Below are positions 13,434 through 26,617 of a stretch of 64,000 nucleotides of DNA, piece by piece; within the stretch, counting starts at the first letter, position 1; every line of letters begins with the position of its first letter. Position numbers and translations under genes: made by a program. The notes under the pieces were generated by a model. It saw only the letters and a program-made list of their open reading frames with translations. It was not told the DNA's origin and did not search any database. The DNA is from Podarcis vaucheri (lineage: Eukaryota), in assembly GCA_965113315.1 (NCBI GenBank), contig OZ220366.1; one strand, given 5' to 3'.

Positions 13434-15583
13434 AAATGATCTCTTCTTTGGAATGCTGCAAATTATATTGATATATAGATATTAGATTTCATCCAAAGCT
13501 GCATGAGAAGCGTTCCGCTCATGCAATAGGACCCTGCTTAACTCTCGACATGCCAACTCCCATAATTTACTCCACAGGGTCTCCCAAAGTCTGTTTCATG
13601 AGCAGAAGAGCAGTACTGCATAAAACCCATTGTTATAGAAATAACACTTTGCTATCATTTGATGACAATGACTTGAGAATGCAAGGACACCGTGTTCACA
13701 ATGTCACCAGTATTTGTGAGTTAGATTATGACACAAAACAGAATAAGTAATAAGTGCTATTTTAAGATGTCAGTTTTAAATTGAAGAAATAGGTAGGATA
13801 AAAAAGAAACAAACCCTTTCTATAGTATTAATAATTTTTTTAATACTCAAGGGTAAATCTTATATATTAAAATGTGAAAAGGATTGCAGCAGACACCCCT
13901 AATAGAAATATGAAGTTCTGTTTGTCAAAGGATCCAGATTTTTAGTGTGTTTAGATTTTAAAGCAACCTGTGTAAAAATTGTTGTATTGTGTTATTTCAG
14001 GCATTCAAGTTTTACAGCAGTGCAGTCCTATGGATGCAAAAATAAGTCCCATTCTGTTAAATGTGACTTCTTCTCAGGTAGGGATGGAAGAGAAATTCCA
14101 TGGAAACCTTTTAATGCAAAACTACCTAATGCAAACTTCCCAAAGCTATACAGAAACTGAAATCCAGCTTCTTCTTTGAAATTTGCACTTCTCTGGATTT
14201 TGCAGTGCAGTTATCCAACCCAAAAAATGTTTACAAGCAGGAGTGCCAACTTGGCTCCACCGAAATTTGTGGGTGCCTGGCCACTTCATGGGAAATCTTG
14301 TGGGTGCTTGGACACCCAGGGAGTTGGCACTTATGTTTACAAACATGCATACATAAGAGGATACTGTATAAAATCCATATATTCATGAAAATAATATACA
14401 ACATGCATTATATTGGGGAAATTTGTTTGGAAAAATGTGTCTGTTAGGAGAAATGCACACTATAATGCTGACAAATTTTTAGAAAAATGATATTTATCCA
14501 TCTTGACAATGCTGAGAGTGGCAAATGTTGGTTTGGAAACAGCAAACCATTCCCCCCCACCCCATTTCTTGTGACAATATTTAAAAAGGAATTTTTAAAA
14601 AATGGTAATTAACACTGGGAACCTATGGAACAAGTGGGACCCGCAACTAATTGTATTCAGAGTTCCAGCCAACCAGTAATAACCTTTTCCATTCCCCTCC
14701 AAACTGTTTTCCATTATTCACCCCAACCCACCAACATTCAACTCCATAGCCACTGGACACCTTTAGTCTTTATTATTACAAACAAACACTGTGTATCAAG
14801 AGAGAGGGGGGGCACATATATTTTCCCTAGACTGGGAAGACATGTTTCCCCCCCAGCTCTTGCCCCCGTTTTCTTTATCCCTGGAAGAAGATTAACTCTT
14901 CAGGATGCCTATCATCAAATTGCATTGGTCCAAAGGGGATTCTTATGCTCGCAGGCATCTGGCATCAGCGGAGAGTTTAATCTTTGTGCATTGACTGTCA
15001 CGCTAGCACTGGAAGAGGACTTCAGGCTTCAAGCCGTGATAGCCCTCTTTGAAAGGAGCTCACCAGCTGTCAGTGAGAATTTTTAAAACATCCCTGCTAC
15101 AATAGCCTTCCAGGCACTGATGGGCAATGTTGAAACAAGGCTTCATATGGTGGAGAGGTCATCAAGCGAGAGGGGATTTGCAGCAATGTAACGGGAAAAT
15201 GTTACATAAACAAAAGATCATTCTAAGATGGACTTTATTGATCTGTTGCCCTAGCTGGAGCAAACAGGAGTGAATACCATCCATCCAATTCTGCCTCCAC
15301 ACAAAAAATAATATTTTTGATGTAACTCTCAGACTTTTCATTTTCATGTAGTCAGGGGAGTATTAGTTTAGTTTAATTAGTAACATTTAATGCATGGTCA
15401 CGATTACTCCTATACAGATGGTTCACAATTTTGGTTCCAGAGTATATGTCAGGGGATCCACCAAACTCCTTAAAATCCCATGTTTTGTTTAGAAACCAGT
15501 GTGTCTAGTCCTCATGAATGCTGAACTAAGTTACTGAAAGCGAGATTAATCAGAAAAAATCCTGTTTATTTCAATCAACTTCA

Positions 15584-15969
15584 AAAGGTAAGGGTAGGTA
15601 AAGTACCCCTGGATGGTTAAGTCCAGTCAGATGTGACTATGGGGTTGCAGCACTCATCTTGCTTTCAGGCCAAGGGAGCCAGCATTCATTCACCTACAGC
15701 TTTCTGGGTCTTGTGGCCAGCATGACTAAATGGCTACTGGCACAACAGAACACTATGACGGAAGCCAGAGCGCATGGAAACTCCATTTACCTTCCCACCG
15801 CAATGGTACCTATTTATCTACTTGCACTGGCGTGCTTTCAAACTGCTAGGTTGGCAGGAGCTGGGACAGAGCAATGGAAGCTCACCCCGTCATGGGGATT
15901 TAAGCTGCCAACCTTCTGATTGGCAAGCTGAAGAGGCTCGGTGGTTTAGACCACAGCGTCACCTGCATC
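15584..15969 (-). mobile_element. Sauria SINE, older diverged copy
   Basis: Colinear with the 980-1331 copy, CpG-decayed. Confidence 0.85.
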
Positions 15970-16084
15970 TGCACACAGTTTTTAAAATGTAGTAGCCTTT
16001 GTTTTTGTTTGTTTGTTTGTTTGTTTACTTAATGAAAGTATTTATATCCCACCAGTTCATACAATAAAATATGATGATGAAGAA

Positions 16085-16220
16085 CAGGCTTTCTCAACCT
16101 TGGGCCTCCAGATGTTTTGAGACTACAATTCCCATCATCCCTGACCACTGGTCCTGCTAGCTAGGGATCATGGGAGTTGTAGGCCAAAAACACCTGGAAG
16201 GCCAAGTTTGAGGAAGCCTA
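16085..16220. mobile_element. Short palindromic hAT MITE (ctacaactcccatc family; decayed copies near 20100, 21390, 27950, 45290, 48690, 52700 and 55860)
   Basis: caggctttctcaacctt / aagtttgaggaagcct TIRs; 8-bp TSD atgaagaa/atgtagaa. Confidence 0.8.
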
Positions 16221-16235
16221 ATGTAGAACTATATA

Positions 16236-16461
16236 CAGTGGTACCTCAGGTTACATATGCTTCAGGATACAGACTCCGCTAACCCAGAAATAGTACCTTG
16301 GGTTAAGAACTTTGCTTCAGGATGAGAACAGAAATCGTGCTCCAGTGGCACGGCAGCAGCAGGAGACCCCATTAGCTAAAGTGGTGCTTCAGCTTAAGAA
16401 CAGTTTCAGGTTAAGAACGGACCTCTGGAACGAATTAAGTACTTAGCCTGAGGTACCACTG
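16236..16461. mobile_element. Tc1/mariner MITE, same family
   Basis: CAGTGGTACCTCAGG TIRs, TA TSDs. Confidence 0.9.
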
Positions 16462-18937
16462 TATAGAATAAAATAGAGAACACTATGAAAAGTGTGTGTG
16501 TGTGTGTGTGTAAAATTAAAGTGGCTTATTTAAAAAATTAAACAGTTACATAGCCCTGTCTACATTACTTACTACCTGATGAGCCTCCATTGGGAAAGCA
16601 TTCTACAGAATGGGATGGACAATACTAAACACCCAACTTCCAATGGTGCTCAGCTGAGCTCTGTAACATGGGGAACAACTAGCAGCCCCCCTCCAGATAA
16701 CCTGTGACTAAGCTGGCATATAACAACTCAGACTGTACGTAAGGTGTACTGGACCCAAGGCCTATGTTTAGTTAGGAAACATATGGCACCTGGTGAGAAG
16801 ACAGGTGTCAGCTACCCAGATACTGCTAGCTCAGTACTGAAAGAGACAAGACACTATATCTTTAGGGGAATTGAAAAAGATATTTGGCATGGAGTATTAA
16901 GGCAGAAAATATTCTATTATAAGGCACTTTGGAAAGGCATTGCAATGAGCGGGGGGGGGGGAGAGACCATTAAATTGTTGACGTAAACATATCCCATTCT
17001 GGATTTTTTTTAAAAAATTATATATAAATATTGGAAAGGGAGTCCTGGAAGTAATATAGATTATAATGAAGAACATAAAAGCTATTATTATTCTAACTAA
17101 CAAACAAGTACAACTGGAACATTTAATTACTGAAACAATTGTGGAATTATAAAAATGTATAGCTGCACAAAGAAAACAAGCTTTAATCTACTCTCTTTAA
17201 AAACCAACTCTTAAAAAGGAGAGACAGGGGGACAATGTAAAGGTCTTGCCCAAAGTAGCCATCTTAAACCTTTATAAGGATGTCTAAGTCAATGGCACCA
17301 TTTTGAATTGTATCCAGAAACAGACCAGGTGCCTGTGTAGCTACCCCCAAACCAATATAATATGTTCCATTCTCTCAATCTCTGCGATTCATCGGAAGCT
17401 AGCCTCTATATTTTAAAACTGCATTTTCCATTCAAAGGGAGCCTCACACAGAGTACAATCCAGTAAACTAAATGCTACCATAATAGAATATGCAAGAAAT
17501 GTTTTGTTTTGTTTCAATACTTAATTCACTGTTATAATTAAAACAATCATGTATTTTGTTCCCATTTTTTAAAAACCGTGTTCATTTCATTATATATTCA
17601 TGAGACTTACCTTCATTTCACTAGCCCCACATGTTTTCCTTGTCTTGCATTCTCCAGCCCTTTTCTATCTTCGCTGTGAGTTCTGAATATCTGCTCTCTG
17701 CCTTTGCTGGCCTTTTCCCACCTGACCTGGGAGAGCGAGGCCCTGACTGACAAGCCAGTGGGTGGCAGTGAGAAGGATGGGAACCCACTGAAGTCTTCAA
17801 GGGCCCCCAAAGTATTAAGTAGCACAACTGATCACTTCAACTTGAATTTGTAGGGTGTGACTGCACCTCCACTTCTCACACATCCCTACTAGGTTTGGGA
17901 AGAGTTACTGCTTCACATGCGCAGGACTAGAGAGCTTTCCTGGTTTTCCTCTCTAATGCCAGAGTTGGATGAGAGTCCCAGATGTGCAGCAGCAGACAGC
18001 ATGGCAACACTGAAGGATCACTGCCCAGTTTGCTGCGGAGGTTGCAGCAGCGGTGAGTGTGGTATGGCAGCAGCCCTCCCAACATCAACATCACTGTTCA
18101 GGCCTGGAGTGGAGCAGGGCAATGGAAAGATCAGGGCAGCACTGATGGGAGTGGTGGATTGGCTCCGCCAGTGCCTCCATGCAGGCCTGATCTCACTGGC
18201 TCCCTTCCTCTCCCAAGCCCCATCCATGTAAGCTGCTACCCTGTACCCCTGGTTTACCTGGTAGCAAGTCCTGCTGGCGTACACAGTATGTCAAGTCCAA
18301 AGTTCAACTGTCAGGAAGCATGGTCCAAGGTCAATCCACATAAGCCAAGTCCAAAAGTCAGGCAACACAGTTCAGAGTCAAACCCAAAGCACAGTCCCGT
18401 AGAAGTTCCTGCAGTATCCAAGCCAAGCATCTCAGCTTTGCTCTCCTGCCCTCTCTTGAGTCTTGATTGTAGCATCTGGGCTTGATGAGGCATGTGACCC
18501 TCACCTGTACTAAGCCTAATCAAGCTGAGGAATCACATACCTTCTCCCTGAGCTAACAAGACCCACCTGGGCTGAGGGCCCTTGCCTGACTCGGCCTGTT
18601 GTTTCTTCAGCTTGTAAACCACTTTGTGTGTATAGAAAGGCAGCATACAAATTAAAAGTGAAATGAAATAAAGTGGCTTTATATGTCAGTGAGATGACCA
18701 CATAGGTGGTCCTCATCAGTGACTGATTGCCACAACCTGAATGGGTACTCCTGTTCCAGGAAAGACTTGTCCTAAACACAAGTTTTGCACATATTACAAC
18801 ATCAAATCAAAGCTTCTCCACAGCTTTTCTGGGCAATCTAGAAACACTCAAAAAGTTTTGATGAAAATGCATCCGTTGCACATTAAAAGCTACAGAAACA
18901 ATTAGGTAGCCAGTTCCATATTGTTCTAGGATTTTGG

Positions 18938-18940
<3 letters not shown>

Positions 18941-18977
<37 letters not shown>
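18941..18977. repeat. (TG)n microsatellite
   Basis: Direct reading. Confidence 0.95.
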
Positions 18978-18978
<1 letters not shown>

Positions 18979-19737
18979 TGCTGTATTTTCCAGACAGGAT
19001 ATGTAGTCTAAAAGGCCAGGCCCATTTGTGCTTCTCCTTTTTCCTCAAAAGAACCAAAGCACTTTATCCAGCCATCCCATTTCCCCTGTCATGCTCACAG
19101 TAAAATGAAGAGACATCATACCCAAAAGTAATTTGTAATTACAACTTCATACTTCAAATGGTTGATAAATGTCATCTACTGTGACAATGTCATCTGCTAC
19201 AAAATTAATAGTGTGTGCATAATTTGCTAGCATTCTAGGACTGTTATACTGAGTATTTGAATGCCATCTAGTGGTCTCAAATGGTGATAGTCTTCTGGTT
19301 AGTGGACATCCATGTACATGCTGCAGTTCTCAGTAATGTGCAATATGAATTTTCCATATAAATTAAATGTTCCACCGAGTGTTGCTTTAATTACATATCA
19401 TCTCAGATTGCGTGTTTCTCACTGCGCGTGTTTTATTGCATCTGCATATAAACAGAGTACTAAATTACAAATAGCTGTTCTACCATCTGAAAGTGCCATA
19501 TTTTTCAGCATTATTCAAGCATGAAACTGCTGATTTAGAAGCAATTCTATTCATTTGGAGATTAATAAGGGATGTTGTTTCCTATTGGTGTTAATCAGCT
19601 CAACAATGCTAACACCACTGTGGCCATCATCAAATTCTGCTGTTGTGGTTAGTGTGCTTATTTTGCGTGCCTTCAGTTGAATTGTCACACACAATGTTTT
19701 CCTCTTCAGGACATCTATTTACTTACTTACTTATTTA

Positions 19738-19963
19738 CAGTGGTACCTCGGGTTACATACACTTCAGGTTACAGACTCCGCTAACCCAGAAATAGTGCTT
19801 CAGGTTAAGAACTTTGCTTCAGGATGAGAATAGAAATCGTGCTCCGGCGGCGCGGCAGCAGCAGGAGGCCCCATTAGCAAAAGTGGTGCTTCAGGTTAAG
19901 AACAGTTTCAGGTTAAGTACGGACCTCCGGAACGAATTAAGTACTTAACCCAAGGTACCACTG
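19738..19963. mobile_element. Tc1/mariner MITE, same family
   Basis: CAGTGGTACCT TIRs, TA TSDs. Confidence 0.9.
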
Positions 19964-20824
19964 TATTTCAGAGTTCTTATACCCTGGCAATGCTTAGCCT
20001 AAACTCGAAACAGCATCAACACTGTCAGGTTTCAAAGGTCTGAACAGATGTAAATATATTTTCACCTGTTGCATAAATATAGATAATGTTAAGCAGAGTG
20101 GGTGTGGGGAGGATTTGGCCCTTAAGATGTTGCTGTATTACAACTCCCATCAAACATGATCAATGCCAAAAAATGGTGGGAGTTGTAGAGGAGAAGCATC
20201 AGGAAGGTCAAGAACTCTTTTGTGATTTTTCCTTAGTCCTAGACAACGCACTGGATTATTGCAGCTGACTTTAACAAGGTTTGTTTTAATTTGTCCGCAG
20301 GGCCAACAGCACTTGGTTAGCTGCAACAGTATGTTTGGGCTCCATTGTTGTGGTTTAAAGGTGGCTTGTAGAGCGAAATAAACGGACAACTGTTCCTGGC
20401 ACAGCTGTGTTTGTATGTAGAGCAACACACTGTGAGTCACTGTCTTGCTGCTCTCCCACAGGAATGCCATTGTTAGCAGAGAAGGAAGCTGAGTCACCAA
20501 AGAAACACTTAAAAGGTTGTTCTGATGGGACTAAATTATGGCACACAGAAGTACTGGCGTTCCCTTGTATTTATTTATTGTTCCTATTGAATACAAACAG
20601 GAATTAACAAACCATCCTAAAGCCTGGCCCCTTCAAAATGGATTTGTATTCGAAACACAATGACCATCGCGTTCCTACTTTCCTGCCATGCTCAAAAATG
20701 GAAAGGGGGCTTGACTTTGACTTTGAACTTTAATCACAGAATTAGGCTCTGTGAATTAGGCAACTTTCACTCTGACACGTCACGAAGGGAAATGTTGCAT
20801 CCCCATGTGCTTCTTTTCTTACGA

Positions 20825-20971
20825 CTCCCTCAGGAGGTTGTGGACTCTCCTTCATTGGAAGTTTTTAGGCAGAGGTTGGATGGTCATCTGTCATGGATGC
20901 TTTAGCTGAGATTCCTGGGTTGCAAGGGGTTGGGCTAGATGACCCTCGGGGTCCCTTGCAACTCTATAATT
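20825..20971 (+). mobile_element. CR1 LINE 3' end
   Basis: LPQEVVDSPSLEVFRQRLDGHLS* followed by gggctagatgaccctc...caactcta. Confidence 0.85.
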
Positions 20972-23232
20972 CCCTTTTAAAACAGAGAGGGAATCTGAGG
21001 GAACACAGAATCCATACCAGCTTTCTTCTTGATGTCCCATTGTTCAGGGGATTATTATTATTATTATTATTGCATGAAGTTTAACCTCTGAAAACAAGTG
21101 TGGGGGCCAAGCAAGCATTCATACTTGAAAAAGGAGGTATCAGAATAAAAGTCAGTTGCATGTTCAAGATAATCTGTGCTTTCAGGGATGGTGCTGCTGC
21201 ACTGTGCTGTGTTTTCATTTTATTTATCCATTTGAAGATGGGTAGAATCGTCCCTTCAACATGTAAACCAAATTTTATCCTTAGATTTTGGTGTTATTGC
21301 ATCCAACAAACAGATCATTTAAACCAAGGTCCTCAATTTCCTTGGCCATTGATAAACTTGTGCCATGAAAATAAAAGGGCTACAGCAGTGATGGGGAAGC
21401 TGTGGAGCTTGAGGTGTTGCTCAACTACGATTCCCATCAACATTAGCCGGCATAGCAATAGTCTATACTTTTGAGGCCTAGAACTAGGTTGCTATTTTCT
21501 ACATAAAGATAAATGGAAAGAAGTAATACAAAAGTCCAAACTGTTTCATTGGTTTCTGGAAGGAAGTGGAAGGAAGATGAGAGCTTCTGGGTTGCTGGCA
21601 GCAGTAAGTGTCACTATACGTTCCAGCTTCTTTAGGTTTGCTGCACATTATTAACCAAAGTCAGGAAAAGAAATCAGAGTAAAAGAAAAAAAGAACAAAC
21701 ATGATTGTGTCATGCCAGCTGCCTGGAGTGTGCTTTATGGAAACGGTAAACTTCAGGTTAGGAAGACACGCAAGTATTCTGGTTGCTTGGTTACACAGAC
21801 AGGCTGTTGTTTGTTTTGAATGCTCAGACTACATGCTTTTTCAGGGAAAAACAATTAAGAATGAGGAACTGTCAAAGGAAAGGCTCGCCAATTCAAAAAT
21901 CTTCATCTAGTCACTATACTGTGTCAATTTTGCCTGTGGAGGTAGCTTGGGCAAAAACAAGCTCCATGTGAAAAACTCAAGTTAGCTTGTCAGAGAAAAT
22001 GCTAGCTGAAGAATTTTGTGTGGTGTGGTATGTTTCCCACATGCAAAAGCATATTGGTTTTGAATATTATAATGGTGCCTGCCTGCCCACCCAGTCCCGT
22101 AAGACTCCTGCAAAGAATTTTGCTGGCTACAGTTCTACTCACTGTATGCAATCCTGCCCACACTTACCTCGGAGTAAGTCCCATTGACTATAGTGGAATT
22201 TACTTCTGAGAAATGAGACATGGAATTGTGCAGACAGAATTAGAGTTCTCAGGAGAGAAATGCCATTTTAGTCATGGGACGTACTGAAAAAGATCAGCCT
22301 TTTTGTTATCTTGCACGGACCTAAGCCTCAGAAAGGCCTTCTCCCTTCATTTTTTTAAAAAAACTAGCTTTTTGAACAATATAAATAAAAAGGCCATCTC
22401 CCCTTCCTCTGGCTTTCTTTTGTAAACCACATGGATTTGTCACCTAAGTGAAAGAGCCTGGGAGAGGGGAACACCCTTTTCCTGTGGCTGAGCTCAGAAT
22501 TATGAAATACCAACATGTTCAACCCAAACCCCTCAGTAACTTAAATTATCTGAACTCGCTGCATTCCATGGCAGTTTGTTCCACCCACAAATTCTCACCG
22601 CCTTGTCCCTGAATGCATTACTTAAGCACTCAGAAATCACTTCAAGTTATGTCACAACCTCAGCATTCGGGTATCACGGCCTTCCCAATTAGCACGCTGA
22701 CCCATATTGGCAAGTCTTTGTGGAATGATATATTCATAACAGGAACACTGTGAAGCATCAAACAGCCAAGGAAACATGAATTATTGCTCTGGTCATATTG
22801 CATTCCCACCCACTCTTCTCCCCAGATATCTCACCCTGCTGTAAGAATTTAATATTCCCATTTTGATGCACTGTGGGGGACACATTCCTCATAATGGAAC
22901 TCACCAGCAAACAATGTAAATATGAAAACCGGGGGGGGGGGGAAGGAGGTGTTGCTTGATGGTGGGTGATGGCAATACATATTTGACAGAAGCAAGTGAT
23001 TCCCGGCACTTAGAAGAATTGATTGTAACCTATTTAGCAGTCTGGAGAAAGAGTACTTAGTTGCTTCTCTCTCACTTTTTCTCTCTCTCTCTCCTGAGCT
23101 TTCAGCCAACTCTGCTTGGATTAAGACAGGCTACTTAATCTTTAAAATATGTGTTTCCATAACAAAGGACAGATCATGCATAAATTCTTCATATGGCCGT
23201 GCAAGCCAGAGATGGAGAGAAGGGCCTATTGG

Positions 23233-23235
<3 letters not shown>

Positions 23236-23270
<35 letters not shown>
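23236..23270. repeat. (AC)n microsatellite
   Basis: Direct reading. Confidence 0.95.
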
Positions 23271-23272
<2 letters not shown>

Positions 23273-23847
23273 GCGGTGCTGTGTGTGCTAACATTGTTTT
23301 GTTCTTTCTGAAAAGCAGCCTGTTGACAGGGCTGCCACAAAAAGCTACCCAATTAACCACTTCTGGCCTGGGAAGAATGAACAGCAGTGTTATTTCTCCT
23401 TCCTTCCTTCCTTCCTTCCGCCTTTAGTCATGGCTGGGAAGCAGTAGTAGTGCTGGGTGGTACAGGGCAGAATGAGTGGGGAAGGAAGAGTGGGTTAAAA
23501 ATAAAAATGAAAAGGGTATTTTGCCTTCTGTTTAGGGTTGTTCTAATCTCTGTTTGCTAATGCCATCCAAAATGCAGATCTAGTGATTGTATGCTTCTGA
23601 GGGATAGTCTAACCATAGGAAGCAAATGATTTATGTTAATAATTCTGTGCCATCAGAGTTACACTTTGAACTGGATTAGTCCCCTGGCTGAACGATTAAC
23701 CACTTCCTGTTCTGAAGAGAAATAAATGAGGCTGTGCTAGAATTTAGATGAGAATCCTCATTGTTCTACTTTCAGAGTGGGAAGAGGCAAAGGAGTCGTA
23801 CATGAAAGGGATAGAAAGGTGAGAAGTATGGGGGGGGAGGACAGAAG

Positions 23848-23976
23848 AGTCATAGAATTGTAGGGACCACCAGGGTCATCTAGTCCAACCGCCTGCAAGG
23901 CAGGAAGCTTTCACCCAATATGAGACTTGAACCCACAACTCTCATATTAAGAGTCTCATGCTCTACCAAGCTGAGC
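23848..23976 (-). mobile_element. tRNA-Lys(CTT)-derived SINE with CR1-type 3' tail
   Basis: Minus strand GCTCAG.TGGTAGAGCATGAGACTCTTAAT...GTGGGTTCAAG followed by GGTTGGACTAGATGACC...TTCTATGA. Confidence 0.75.
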
Positions 23977-26571
23977 GGAAGAGCACTTTATTCCAGAGCA
24001 AATGGGTAAGGATACAACAGCTTTTTGTCTCTTTCACTGCTCTAGAACCGGCCTTGACTGGAGTAGCCATAGTACATTAAAAGGAACTAACAACACGATT
24101 TAGATCTAGGTTTTTCTCCTAGTGGAATTTTAGAAGCTATTGCTCATGGGCTCAGAGGCACTGTTCAGAGCAGGAGCCTCAGGTTCAGGTAGGAAAGGCA
24201 TTCGTCTTTTTACCTGCCAGTGACATGTGGCTATCTTTTGCTCATAGCGAACTTTTGAAACAGGACAATGTGATGAAATGTCTCATCCAGCACAGACCAT
24301 AAGACTCGTTGTTATTTATCCTTAACTATTTTAAATTGTTTTTGGCATGCCAGGCCAAAATTCTTACTTACATTCTACGGAACTTAGTACTTACATTCTA
24401 AGGAAATGTCTCATATCATTTTTACTTCGCTTTCCTCTCATTATAAAGAACTCTCAAGTGCAGGCAGCAAAATCGAGAAATGAGGCCACACCCTAATGAA
24501 CCCCCCCCCCCCCGCACCCATATTGTTTTACTGGAAAATGACAGTCTTATTTAAAACATTTTTAATTATTATTTTTACTTACAAATAATGTGATGCTTAA
24601 TATCTCTTGGGGTACATTTGACCACAAAGCCAGATTGAGGCAGGATTTTTTTTCATGCTGATTTTCACAATTTCTTCTATTAAAAATATTACTTTTATTA
24701 TGCTGTTATTCTAATAAATAAATTTGTGTAATACATTATTTATTCCTATGTTTTTTGTCACTTTGTGGGAAAGTAAAATCTTATGCTTTATCAGTTAGGT
24801 ACATCCAAAACATGCATTGCACAAAATTACGCACCAACCATTCATCAATCATTATCAAATGTTTATTCACCCGTTTGATCTGACATAATCTCATTTCCAT
24901 GTATCAAAAATCATGTAATGTACTGCATTGGCATAAATTAAATACACTTTTCCTGATCAATCTCAAAATTAAGTCAACCGTGCTCAGTGACAACACAATT
25001 TTTGATCCTCAGAATCAATTAAATAACAAGGGAGTTGGATCAATATATTATTGAGTCCTTCCAGTAATTATTGAGCTCTGCTGTGCAATAATATACAGAC
25101 AGAAAAATAACACTAGTTGATAATTGTGGAAATATTTGCTTAGCCAGCAAATAGTCATTGACCAACATGGCTAATGTTGACAATCTTTAAATCACTTTTA
25201 TCTGCATGTAAAAATAAGGGCAGTGAGAGCACAGGCCAGTCACATGTCATTACAGACTTCCATTCTTGGCCTGTGACCGGGTGGGGGGATTCCCCAAATA
25301 ATAAGTCCTTTGACACACAAGGCTCTGGATTGTTAAGAAGCTGGATTTTTTTTTAATGCTTTCATCTGTCTCTGGGTAATTTGATTAGACACATATTATC
25401 AACTGATAGATTAACTTCAACTGGATTTTTCTCCGCATAACTCTCCACTGTGAATTCCCCCCCCCCCCTGAATGAAATTCGTGGGCAGAAAACTTCATAG
25501 TGGCACTATATCAAGCAAACATGTTTGATTTCTGTATCCAATGACAGAATTAGTATTTGACAATGTTTGGCAATTGATGCGCCTAGATACCAAGGGTCTT
25601 AATGTACTGTTATCTGACCATGTGATAATATAGCACTGTGGTTTTCAGATTCTCAGGGAACGTTTTCTACCTTGTACTGTCTGACAAAAAAAGCATTGCA
25701 TATTTGCCACACAACTTAGATACATTACAAAAGCTTCTAGGCCAGATTTAGGGGATTCAGGAGTTCATCAGCCCCCAACAATCCTTTGTAGTGTGCAATT
25801 CGTAAAAGATGAGCAGTGGTTGGTTGGCCAGCTATCTACCAGGAGAGCCCATCTGTTATTATTGATCTTCAGGTTCCCCTTATACCCTTCCTTACCTGCA
25901 AAACAGGATTGAAAACCACTTGATGGCTGCAATCATATTTAACATTTGACAGCCTTTGAATGCAGCAGCATTTTTAATCTTACAGGGTTAACTATGAGAT
26001 AATGTTCAATGGTAATTTGTATTTAACAGTTGTCCATTTACAAATCATATTTGACATTTCTCAGTGTCAAAAAAGCCAAAAAATCTCTGGTATTTATATT
26101 CAACTTCTGAAGATAAGAAATTTCAGACTTGAAAATGTCAAACTATTATGAATGGCATAAGTGAAAGGGAAAAAGGCAAATTAAAAATACTTACAAATAT
26201 TAATTTCACTTGGTGGATGCAGATTTTTTAAATAAGGTCTCATCATCTGCAAAAAAGGGACGATCTTTGTGCTTAAAGATGGAAAATGTTATTTGCTTCT
26301 AGATACAATTTATTTTCTTACTCCCTAACGTATAAAGTAGATTACACGTACATCCCGAATTAAAATTTATTTTCCTCCCTATATTTCAAGGAAAGGAGAC
26401 CTGTACAGAGGATAAATAGTTCTCAATAGCCAGACCAAAAATTACAGATAAAGTCAGAGAGGAAGTAGATCATTTGACTCTCTATTCAAAATTTAGTTGC
26501 TGAGTAGTAAAAATACAAGAATTCCAAAATAAAGTGGCATTAATTTGTGTTCCCTTTTTAAGATGCTGCAT

Positions 26572-26617
26572 TTTATTACTATTAATAATTTTGTGCAAGC
26601 CACTTTATTATTTTATT
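26572..26617 (-). terminator. Candidate CLCN4 polyadenylation signal cluster (three AATAAA)
   Basis: TTTATT on + at 26572, 26604 and 26612, ending a TE-poor AT-rich stretch about 3.3 kb past the stop codon. Confidence 0.4.

Noticed and set aside
17917-18620. Cluster of overlapping 70-140 aa ORFs in GC-richer DNA
   Set aside because: No recognisable domain or splice structure; it looks like a decayed LTR-type repeat, but I could not define ends or a TSD.
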